This document shows positions 13,201 through 25,200 of a DNA stretch of 64,000 nucleotides, one piece after another. A model generated the notes under the pieces. It saw nothing but the letters and a program-made list of their open reading frames with translations, was not told the origin of the DNA and made no database searches. Location of the stretch: contig NC_042997.1 of NCBI RefSeq assembly GCF_006345805.1, positions 139,686,001 through 139,750,000 on the forward strand, in the 5' to 3' direction. Positions within the stretch are counted from its first letter, which is position 1, and each line of letters opens with the position of its first letter. This stretch comes from Octopus sinensis (taxonomy: Eukaryota). Position numbers and translations under genes: made by a program.

Positions 13201-16200
13201 AATCGACACTGGAAAAAGTATATGTATTTGTGAAGGGATCTGACTTCTCATCGACAACCATGATTGTCACACGCTGATGAAAGGTAAACACCTTGAAACT
13301 CGGGTACGTGTGTATCGTGTTGAAGACGGGGAGGATGACTCCCCTTCACAAATACTGACAGGACACAGATAGTATGTCTATAGCCAGCTGGAGGAGATAT
13401 CTTCCTGGGGCTACAAACTACAGTAGCATCCACCCTTATGGGTTAGCCATATTCAAATGGCAAATATGCAACACGAGATATATATATATATATATATATG
13501 ATTACACACGCACACACTTTGGGTTGCCACACTGTTTCTCTCTAACAAATTTTACTTAGATTGGCCATCTCAAAGCTGTGGTAGAAGATACTTGCCCAAG
13601 GTGTCAAACCAGGATCCATATGGTTGCAAAGCAAACTTCTTAACTACACTGCCATACAGCTAAAACTATGTTATACCATAACCTTTCAACATTTCAAACT
13701 AGACATTAATCACTTCACCTGTTTATTACTATTCTCTAGAATAAAAAGCTCTTAAAAAAGAAGGTATAGCTACACTTCACATCTGAGATGCTTGAGTTTC
13801 AACTATGTCGGCATTGTAAAATAGACATGATAATACTGTAATTGATTTGATGTTTAAAATATTTTGTATTCAATCTCATTGTCAAAGGAATATTTGTTTT
13901 TACTAGATGCTGAAGAAGATGATGAAATTTCTCTTCATAAACCAAAAATAGTTATAAAAATTAGAAAGAAAATTACTGCAGAAGATCTTGCAATGGGTAT
14001 CAAACAATCACAAGGTAATTATTGACAGAAATCTTCATTGTATTGTAGTGAGTTTTATAAGATGTATGTATTAATGGTGGAGGCTGGTGGCTTAGTGTAT
14101 GGGATTCATGATTGTAAGATTGTGGTTTCGATTCTTGGACTGGGTGATGTGTTGTGTTATTAAGCAAAATGCTACATTTCATGTTTCTTCAGTTTGCTCG
14201 GCTGGTGAAAATGAGTAATCCTGTAACGGATCGGTATCTCGTTCGGGTGGAGAATATATATGCCATGGAGACTACCTTATGTGTCTACATGACTCTTTTT
14301 ATGTATTAATGAATTGTTTGGCCATTCTTAACCAGCTGGTCCCTGTTATTCAGCATAGTAGTTATTTAACCTTTAGCAAACTTCATTTTCTCTAGAATTG
14401 TTTCCCCTGCCACTGCCCTGTTACTACAGGGGAGAAAACTCATATAGTGACATGATGCTCCTACACTGTGCTAAAGGTTAAGATCTTGAAAAATAAGCAG
14501 TTTTAAAATTATTATTATTATCTAATTAATTTTATTTTATTCTTTTACTTGTTTCAGCTAGTGGACTGCAGTCATGTTAGGTTACTACTTTGAAAGGTTT
14601 TAATTGATCAAATCATCCCTAGTATTCTATCAGTCTCTTTTTGCTGGACTGCTAATACACGGAATAAATAAACCAATAACAGTAGTTAAATGGTGAGATA
14701 CACACACAAATGTTAAAGACAGGCTTCTATACAGTTTCCATCTATCAAATTCAATTGCCAGGCACTGGGCAACTCATGACTATAGTACAAGACACTTGCT
14801 CAACATGCCACATAATGGAATTGAACCTAAAACCCATGTGGTTGCAAAGTGAACTTCTTAACTGCATGGTCATGTGTGCATCTGTATTTATATTGATCTA
14901 TAGCACAGAAGTTTTATAGATTGTACTGCAAATTTAAATGATTTTGTATAATTGTTGCTAATTGTTTTTAAAATTTCAAATGCATAATCAATACAAGTAG
15001 CTTTCAAACCCTCTCAGTTCTATGTTATAATTGTTTCAAAGTTGACTCTTCATTTCCTCCCTTGCTTCCATTCCTGTAGAATCAATAAAATATTTACCAG
15101 TGATACACTGAGGGAATCAACACCCTATGTAATCTAATCTTCACTTTAGGAAATTATTTATCTCCACTTATTTGATCATATTGATGATAGTAAAATACAA
15201 TACATCTAATGCTGTGTTAGTTTTCACCATAATAATTATATCTGTCTAAATCATTTCGATGACTAGCGTCCGTGCTAGCGGGGTGCAAAGATCACCATAC
15301 GAGTGTGATCATTGACAGAGCGGCTATTTGAGTATGATCGTTACCAGCGTCGCCTTACTGGCACTTATGCCTGTGCTAATAGGGTGCCAAGAACACCATC
15401 CAAGCGTGATTGTTGCCAGAGCAGCCAACTGGCTTCTGTACCCGTGGCACGTAAAAGGGCACCATTTGAGCATGATCGTTACCAACGTTGCTTCACTGGC
15501 ATCTGTGCCAGTGGCACATGTAAAAAGATTCGAGCGAGGTCATTGCCAGTACCGCCTGACTGGCCCCCGTGCAGGTGGCACGTATAAAGCACCCACTACA
15601 CTCTCGGAGTGGTTGGCGTTAGGAAGGGCATCCAGCTGTAGCAACTCTGCCAGATCAAGACTGGAGATCAGAATACAGGACATTTTGTGACCAAAATAGA
15701 TTTACTAACCTAGTCTTCCAAGATCTCAACTCTTCTTTTAGAGGTGGAACCTTAAGAAACAATTTTGTCAAAAATAAGTATTCAGGCCATAATATGATAA
15801 AAGATGTTAGAAAGCTTTAGTATGTATTATGACAAATAATGACTCATTTTATTGTTAGCTCTTATTTAATCCTGATCATGTGTGGTCAGTACCAGTGACA
15901 CGTGAGAGGCACTTGTGCTGGTGATACATGAGAAGTACCCATGCTGGTGACACATGAGAGACACCTGTGCCGGTGACACGTGAGAGGCACCCGTGCCGGT
16001 GACACATGAGAGGCACCTATGTTGGTGACACATAAAAGTCACCCACTACACTCTATGGAGTGGTTGATGTTAGGAAGGGCATCCAGCCATAGAGACCAAG
16101 CCAAAACAGACTGGAGCCTGGTGCAGCTCTCCAGCTTACCAGTCAAACCATTTTATCCATGCCTACATGGAAAACAGGAAAACAGATACTAAACAATGAT

Positions 16201-19200
16201 GATGACGATGATAGTCCTTCACTTTAGGAAAGAGAATTTTCTCTTTATAAAAATTGTAGATTATTTGAAGATCAAGTTAATTAGAAAAGAAAGAGTTTAG
16301 TACAGGTGTATAACATGGCCATTAGGAGCAAGTCCAGTGCAGTGAAGTTTAGAAAACATCAAAATATCAGATTTATGGAAAAGTGGTAATTGTGCTGCAA
16401 GTGAATGGGTGCTGACTAATAACATTGTTAGAGGGTTGTTCTTATTTATATCTGGCCAGCTCTGATTTTTTTCTATCTATCTTTTAATCTGGATGAAAGT
16501 CAGTGTCATGATCTCCCATAGGGTTTCCAAGACAGGTGAGAGAGAGAAAGGTATTCTCAAACTGGAAACCTGATCCAAGAGCTGACAGCAAAGTAGATTC
16601 TGCTAAAGGCAGCAAAGGTACCTGGAGGTAACGTTAAACCAAGGGATGAATTAAATCTGTTTCCTAAAAGGCATTTCAACTTTGACTATCCTTATGGTTA
16701 TAGTAGGTACTTGAGCTAGTGATAGGCCAAAGAAGACTTTGTATAACAGACAAATCCAGTTCTTAAGAGCATCAGTAGGACTGGTTTGAAATGTCTTTAA
16801 TATCATTTACTTTTAGTTAGCACCCTTCAAATTCCCATCTTCATTAAAACTACATGACACTGAGGAATTCTAAGTGTTCTCTTGTTCTGTGCAGAAAATG
16901 AGGAAGGATTTTCTATTGATTTATATCCCTACAAGTTTGGTAGATAAAACCTATGTTTGTATGACACATTTCTTTTAAACAACAAAATTGCAAACGATTT
17001 TACTTCATTTCAGTTCTAAAAATTTCTAAGTATGGGAACCTTATTTTGCTTTTTACTGTTAAACTTTGGTATCGCATATTCATATTATCTAATGAAGCAA
17101 AAAATGTTACTATGCATTGTGTCTCTTCAGATTATATATGTACAGTTCTATGTTTCATTGCTGTTTTGGAATACTGCCTTCACTGAACAAAATGAACAGA
17201 GCATGTTCCAATGGATGTGTAATGTGAGCACATATGAAGGACTGATGTGCCACGAGGAAAAGTTGATACAAAAATATCAGTTATTGTGTAAGAGAGAAAA
17301 TTGTGCTGGTGTAGACATGTTATTTGTATGAAGGATTGCAGTTGAGCGATGAGGTGCCAAGTGGCCCAGATGGAAGTAACCTGTGAAAGAAGTGAAAAAA
17401 CTGAACCCAAGATGCTTAACCTCACAAAGGAGGTGATGAGAAACTAATAATAAAAGGTTTGAATCTTTGCTGGAGAAGGCATGTCCAAGACTTGGAAACA
17501 TGGAAAAACTGGCTTATACTGATGATGCTTCTCATAAAGTATTTAACAACTCATACTTGAGTCATAAGTAGTTTTAGAAAGAAATATCTACATAGAAAAA
17601 GAAATAAGCCAGCTGTATGCATGGAACCAAATTTGAAAACACACCCTACCCTTTCTAGTATGGAAAATAACCGTAAAAATATTTTATAGTGTCTTTGCTA
17701 TTCTTTTATATGTAAGGTATCTATTATTCATATATATTCTAATTTCTTTTTTCTATTTTGGTTCTAACTTTAGAAGCTGCAGCAGCTGCTGGGGCAAAAC
17801 CTACTGATATAACAGAAATGTCAACAAGTGACTCATCACTTGGATTTTTGACAGTGAATTCTGAAAATTTTCTGGATACCACAAATGTAGCAGATGAATC
17901 AGATTTGTCTGAGGATTCTTCCAACCATGGAAACAAGCAATCAAAATCAGATGCAGTACAATCAGAGAAAAACCCTCCGAATTCAAGTGAGAGAGAACAA
18001 ACACAGAAAATTGATGATGTTAATCGACTGTATTTAGAAGAAAGTTTGAAAATATTGCAGAATGCAAGCGGTAAACATACATCAACAGAAAATTTACAAG
18101 ATAAACCTGAGAAACCTAATAATTCTGTGATTTCTCAACCAAGAAAAAGTACCAGTATGACTGAGACAATACCAAGCTTCGAGCTAAGCCAACACACGAA
18201 AGATTTAACAAACCTTTCAGACTCAGAAAACACAGTTAAACATACTCCTCATGTCAATGTGGCTAACTCTTCTTCTTCTTCACTCAGCTTTCTTAAGAAA
18301 CTTACTGTGAGCCTTACTGATACCAACTGTAGTGGAGACCGGCAATCTATGACCGCATCAACTAAAGACTTCTTAAATTCTACTAAAAATATTAAAAGTA
18401 GAGATGATGCAGTATCAAGTGAAAATAAAGGGAATGAAAAGGACCGGTTCATCATCAGAGAAAATAAGGAGATTTCAGATTCACCATCTTCCTCTGATTC
18501 TGAATTTAAGACCTCTAGAAAAATTAGTTGCGCAAAAGACATTAAATCTAAGCAGGATGATGCTGTTATCTCTAGCAATAGGAATTCTGACAGGGAGGAT
18601 ATTACTGAAGAAAGACCATCTGAGTTAAAAGAGGTAACTGCTGATATAGGATCTTTGAAATTAAAAGAGAAATCTACAATTTGTGAAGAAACCAAAACCG
18701 GACAAAGTGATGTGGCAACTGATAAAGACACTTTCATTGAAGATCTTGCAGAAGTACCATTGGAAACTAAAGATGTAGAATATACAAGTGAATTCATCCA
18801 AACATTTTCCTTGGAAGAGACTGTTTCTTCAAATGTGAGTCAGAATAAAACTGATGAAAAAATTGAAGTGACTAACAAAAACGAAATGGTAGCTTGTACA
18901 CAGGAAAAGCAAAATATAGCAGACCAGCATGAGAGCAAGAACAATTATGGTAGAATGTTAGAGGGACAGATGGAACTGAATGAAGAACCTGTCAAAGATT
19001 TTGTTCCTGTAGACAACAATGTTGTTTTAGAGCTACAGGAAGAGATGGTTGTAATTGAGGATGAAAATGAAGTGATTGAAGTACAAGATGAACCAATTGT
19101 TGAAGTACTTGATGAAGAATATATAAGATTACATAACGAAGATCTCATAGGTATCAATCGAGAAGCAGCATGTGTTTATCAAACAGAAACTAAAGATACC

Positions 19201-22200
19201 AAAGACCTACAAAAGGAAATGACACTAAATGAAGACATTGAAAAGAAGCCCGATCATCATGCAGAAAAAATTACAGTAGATGTGCAAGATGACAAAATGA
19301 AACCTGAGAGAGAAACTAGAAAAGAAAAAGAACTAAGTAGTAATGTGGAAGAAATAGTAGTGTGTATAGATGAAGCAAGAAGGGAATCAAGGGTGGGTAA
19401 GAATTATGAAAATGTATTACAAGATAAAGTTGATGTGACTACAGATGAAAAGGAAATCAGTGTAACAAAGAGCAAAGTAGAGGTTAGTACAGCACAAGAT
19501 GAAGAGGACATTCCACTGTTTGAAGTTGAAAGCTTGTCAGAAGATGAAACCAGTGAAATTCCAGGTGAAGTTGACAAGAGCACGAAAGGGGAAAACAGGA
19601 GTATCAGTCAGAGTGAAGGTGATGCTAGCATGGTCCCTGATGAAGAAGAAGAAGAAGAAGAAGAAGAAGACATTCCATTGTTTGAAGTTGAAAGCTTGTC
19701 AGAAGTTGAAATCAGTAAAGTTTCAGGTGATGTTGACAGGAGTGCTAAAGGGGAAAACGCAAGTGACCACCAGTGTGAAGGTGACGCTAGCATGCCCCAT
19801 GTTAAAACCAACATTGGGTTAACTCTAGATAAGAGTGAGACTAAATCATTTCAGAATAAAGATGATATTGGCAAAATACAAGACAAAAGTGAGGATAATA
19901 TGGCCCCAAATAAAACTGAAATTGATATGATTCTGGTTGAAAGCAAGGCTGATGGAAAACAGAGCAACAAAACAGATGTAACTCAGGATGAAAGTGAAAT
20001 CTATCTCATCCAAAATGAAAGAAAAGCAAGCATGACCCAAAATAAGAGTGAACGTGGTGTAACTCAAGATGAAAGCAAGGCTTCTGTGATTCAAGATGAA
20101 ACTGAGGCTTGGGTGACCCAGGAAGAAAGCAAGGCTGATGAAACCCAAGATGAAAGTGAGGCTGATGTGGGCCAGAAAAAAGTGAGACTGGTGTGCCCCA
20201 GGATGGAAGTGAAGCTGGTGCATCCCAGGGTAAGAATGTGGATGGTGGATCCCAAATAGAAAGCGAGGATTATGTGTCAGAAATAGAAAGCAAGAACTCT
20301 GCATCCGAAGCTGAAAGTGAAGTTGCTGTAAGCCAGCACAAGCACAATCTTAGTGGAATTCAAGAAGAATTTGAGACTGGTGCAATTCAGAATGACAGCA
20401 AGATAAGCGTCACCCAAGATAGAAGCAAGTCTAGCATGATACAGCATGAAGTTGATGTGATATTAGAAGAAAGTGAAGCTGGTGAAATCCAGGAAGAAAG
20501 AGAGGTTGGTGAGACTCGGGAAGAAAGTGAGCATAGTGAATCTCAGGAAGAAAGCGAAGCTGGTAAGACCCAGGAAGAAAGCGAAGATGGTGAAACCCAG
20601 GAAGAAAGCGAAGATGGTGAAGCCCAGGAAGAAAGTGAGGCTGGTGAGATCCAGGAAGAAAGTGAGGCTGGTGAGACCCAGGAAGAAAGTGAGGCTGGTG
20701 AGACCCAGGAAGAAAGTGAGGCTGGTGAGACCCAGGAAGAAAGTGAGGCTGGTGAGACCCAAGAAGGAAGTGAAGCTGGTGAGTCTCAAGAAGAAAATGA
20801 AGCTGGTAAAACCCGGGAAGGAAACAAGACAGGCATAAAACAGGATAAGCCTGACTTCAGTGCATCTTCAGATAAAAACAAGATTATTTTGACACTTAAT
20901 AAAAGTGAAACCATGGCTGACCAGGAAAAAAATTTGACTCTAAACAGAGATAGAAAGAGCACTCAGGTCCAATATCCAGCCAATGTAATGCAAGATGAAG
21001 ACATGCCTGCTACAACTAATGATTTTGATTTTCGTAATGAAATCAAAAATGATGGCAGAGAAGAACAAGAATCTAATATCAAAGTAAAATCTGTAAGCAA
21101 GAATAAAAGTATTTCTAATGAAAGGGAACTGGCTGAAAATGAAATACAAGTAGATGATGAAATTATCTTTCGGCAAAACATTGAACACTCAAAGGAGGAT
21201 TACTTTAGAGGTAAAGAGAGCCAAACTACTCCTTCCCGTTCTTCTTTGCGACTAAGATCTTCTGTTGCTAATTCATCAGTCTCTCCAAAGTTTTCAAAGT
21301 CTCGGGATCTTAGCTTAAAACGTAGAGGAACAAAACGAAAATCAGTTAGTGACCATACAACAGAGGCTGCACAAGTATCCACTCATTCTGTTTCAGAGAA
21401 ACTAAGACGACGAAGCAGCAGAGAGACAAATTTAAGTAAAACCAGATCATATAGAATTATAGACACTTTGAGTGGAAGTGGAAACTCTATGACAATCAGT
21501 AATCAAGCTATAAGGCAATTTTCCCCGGATGTTGGGACAGTTCCAAATGAAAATCAACGTTTGCAGAAGACAGATCAACAAATATCAGGTTGGACATTTT
21601 TTTTTTTTTTTTTTTTTAACTTCCTTTATGGTTTTCATTACTGTGAATGTTTATATACTGGACCCATCTTGATTTGGTATTACTCATTCACTCTTCTGAG
21701 CTGAAAATAATAGGTGCCAATTCAGTTTCAAGAATTGCAAGTCAAAGAACTTGACTGTTAAAAGATTGGAAGTCTACTTTGACATACTCATTTCCATCAA
21801 GTCATATTAGGATGTTGAGAGGGATCTGTTGTTTCAGTTATTCATATCTTTCATGCCAGTTTCCTAAACTTACTTGCACATTGATATTAAAACACTCCTC
21901 TACCTTAAAAGACTATAGAGGAGGTTATGCTTTGGAGTTTCCTCTCCAAGGCAGAAGTTAGTATGGAGGGAAATACCATCTATATTGACATTTAGTCCCT
22001 TAAAGTTAACCTATTAGCATTCAAATTACTCTAATAAAAGGTAATGCTTATTTATTTATGAAATAATCATGCATTATCTCACAGCTTCAAGATTTCAATG
22101 ATTTATTTTAGAATAACATTATAGGGTAGGTGTGAGAGGCCAGATCTGGCCAGTTTGAACATAAAACGCGTAGAATATTTGGGTCAGATATGGCTAGTTT

Positions 22201-25200
22201 AAATGTTAAAGGGTTAAGGCTCCTGCAATTATCCTATTCTGATGTTTTAGAAACTGCTTCTGGCTTGAAGTTGGTTGACTTGCCATCTTCCTTTGGTGAT
22301 CTTTCTTATAGCACTAATAATATTAATTTTAACCATTATTTTACAGCTTTATTAACAATGAAATCTAGCTGTATCAATATTATGTTTAACACTTTTTTAA
22401 CTATTGACTACATTTTTATTCAGTAATTTTTCAATATAATCAGTATTTTGGAGGGGTTTAATAAAATATCTGTAACTTTATATATTGGCATATTATACTG
22501 GTGTTGATCAGCTGAAATCTTGTAGTATCATTCATATTATAATGCGATTTTGAGCAAGATTTTAATATGAACCCATTAGTACTCATTGAATTGAGATGGT
22601 TTGATATTAAAAAATTTCATTATTTTACCAGTCTTTTACAAAATATTTTAATATTAATGAGTAAAAGCTAGAGATTTAGAGCAAAGATTTAAATATCATA
22701 AATTTCTTTTTCCCCTTCCCAAAATATAAGGATTTTAGGTTTAGTAAAATAAACCAAAATTTGTAATAAACATGTTTAATTTATTTATCTTTTCAGCTGA
22801 ATCCAGCAAAATCTTGGAATCAACAGTAAGTCATTACTTTCCACATACTTTCATAAAATTAGTATCAGTTATAATCTGAGCTGTTTCAGCCAACAATGGA
22901 CTTGGACCATGGCTAATTTAATTTAGTATTATTTTATAAGGTAAACTCAGGACATAGAAGAATGGAACTAACTATACTCTTTACTCTTTTACTCTTTTAC
23001 TTGTTTCAGTCATTTGACTGTGGCCATGCTGGAGCACCGCCTTTGGTAAGGTATTTTATTCAATACTGAACCATTCCATTTTTATTAAAGACTGTAGCAA
23101 GTCTTGAAGTTATTTTTCAAACAAAAATATGTTAAAACAAAGAAAAAGTGACATAACACTACTTTTAATCATGTTTTGATTAGACAAATAACTTTTGAAA
23201 GGAAAGTTATAAAAATAAAATAATGTCACAAAATTAAAAATAAGCAAATAAAACTCTGTGAATTGGTGTACATGTGTGAAAGTAAGAAAATGGATATATT
23301 AAAAAAATAAATAAAAAGTTGTAATCACTGAAATAGTTTCACTTGTTCTGTTGACATTTTGTTTCAGTTAGAATGCTTTTACCTGCACATAAAAAAATTC
23401 CATTCTCCATTCTAGATCCAGCATAAGTCTCAACATCATTGTTCTTTGTTCAAATGTATTAAAGTTTTTAGAAAAATAATAGTTTCAGTATTTCTTGGCT
23501 AAGTTACTCTCAGAAACAAGCTTTTGTTTTGGATTTCATCCAGTCATCAACAAAAGCATTACCTGCAGATTCACTATTCTATTTATGAGATACATGAATG
23601 ATATAGCTGTGAATCATAAGGTTTTCAAAGTGGATAAAGTGGTGAGGAATATAATATAGTTAACAAACAGGCAGGTATTCACCAAAGCTCTGTTCTTTGT
23701 TTAACCTTTTAAGCCAGCATGGTTTCAGGATGTAGAACTTTGGGAAGTTTCTTTATGCCAATAATCTTATTCTCATCTTAGAAATCAAAGAATTTTAAAT
23801 TTAGGAGGCTTGATTGAGTCAGTCACTCAGTTAAGAAATTTTGAAAGGACTAATTAGGTAGAATCACAAAATCTAAGATGAAAAGACTTTGCTTAGTGTG
23901 TGGGACTGAAAGACAGAGGTACTTAATCATCAGAGCCTCAGTGGCCGCTATTCCAACCACCAGCAGTATATACAAATACCACAGCTGCTGTTTTACCGGC
24001 TGCCACATTGTACTGTTTACAAATACCCCAGCGGCTGCTATTCTGGCCGCCAGCTGCAGATACAAATACAAATTCCATCCACCAGCCACAGATGCAAATA
24101 CTCCAGCAGCCGCTTTACCGGCCAGTATTTGCTGCATTGGAAAACCAGTCAGTAACTACTGGCTTGACTGGCTCCACAAGCGCCAGTAGTGGAGATTAAA
24201 AAAAAAAAAAAGTGGTAAGGATAATGTTGCCCTTTATTTGGTATTTTATTTCGATATGAGAGACAGAAAACACATTTTAGTGATACTGAAATAATATTAG
24301 GCAAGAAATCATTTTATTTGCTCTTTTACCCAGAGAACATGAGGTGAGTTGTGTCAAGGACAACGGGAATCTGGTGTTCAAAGGGTTAATATTGAGCAAG
24401 AAACAAACAGTACAAGAGGTTGATGGAAAGCTGCAAGATTATTTATACAAATGAGTGTAGTAGAGATAATTGGTTTCTTGGAGACAGCAACATTGGCATT
24501 TTGTGAATGAATTTAAACAGCACTATTGACTCATACTATAATGAGAAAGCTTATCCAGAAAATTTTAATCCAGGAAGTTACTGTTGAAGAACATTAGGTT
24601 AGTAGCTTTGCTAGACAATTTTACTTTTGCTAAACCCTTTCATTACCGTATTTATTTTGAGATGCTCTGTGTTTCTTTCTATTAAATAAATACTAAATAT
24701 AACAAAGAATTTAGTAAAATAACATAGTTATCATTAAGCTGGTGTTAGGAACATAAATTATGACTAAGCTTTGGTGGAAGATTTTAATTCAAAACTTATG
24801 AAAACAAGACATTTGTACTACAGAGCCAGAGCCGGTTTCAGCTGGGTTGGTATCGGAAGGGTTAAAGGCAAGATACTAGTGAAATGTAATATAGACACCG
24901 TCAGTGAATTAATGAACATGTCACTGCAGGACGTTTATATCATCTATATATATAAAACTGTAGTTGTGTGAGTGTCTGTCCCCTTCGATTTAGATTCCTA
25001 ACTACTCCCACATTTTGCGGTGCAGTTTAACCAAATTCAGGTATCTTATAGTCGTGATTCATATCGAGCCCGTCTGAGTATTAGCGCGCGTCTACGATGA
25101 GTCTACGATTTTAAAAATAATTTAACATCATTTTTTATTCAATTTTAATGCATAATTTTTCGTGAGTCGATGGCGGCGAAGTTGGCGTCCATGGTCACAC

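Noticed and set aside
14163-14199. Minus-strand CTGAAGA...GAAA with short flanking complementarity
   Set aside because: Stem II cannot form (AACAT), and the sequence is part of a decayed SINE.
15895-16040. CRISPR-like appearance of the 26-bp array (and of the ~64-bp arrays)
   Set aside because: The context is eukaryotic, the variable parts are homologous to each other rather than unique spacers, there are no cas genes, and the arrays lie inside LINE UTRs.
17758-17773. TTG start of the 833-aa ORF as a standalone gene
   Set aside because: It lies in the acceptor tract. The exon begins at 17774 in phase with the 13907-14014 exon.
20463-20838. Basic RKKVRLVRP-repeat ORF (+) and hydrophobic SLTFFLGLT-repeat ORFs (-)
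   Set aside because: These are shadow frames of the stop-free 27-bp repeat. Only the acidic frame connects to the splice sites.
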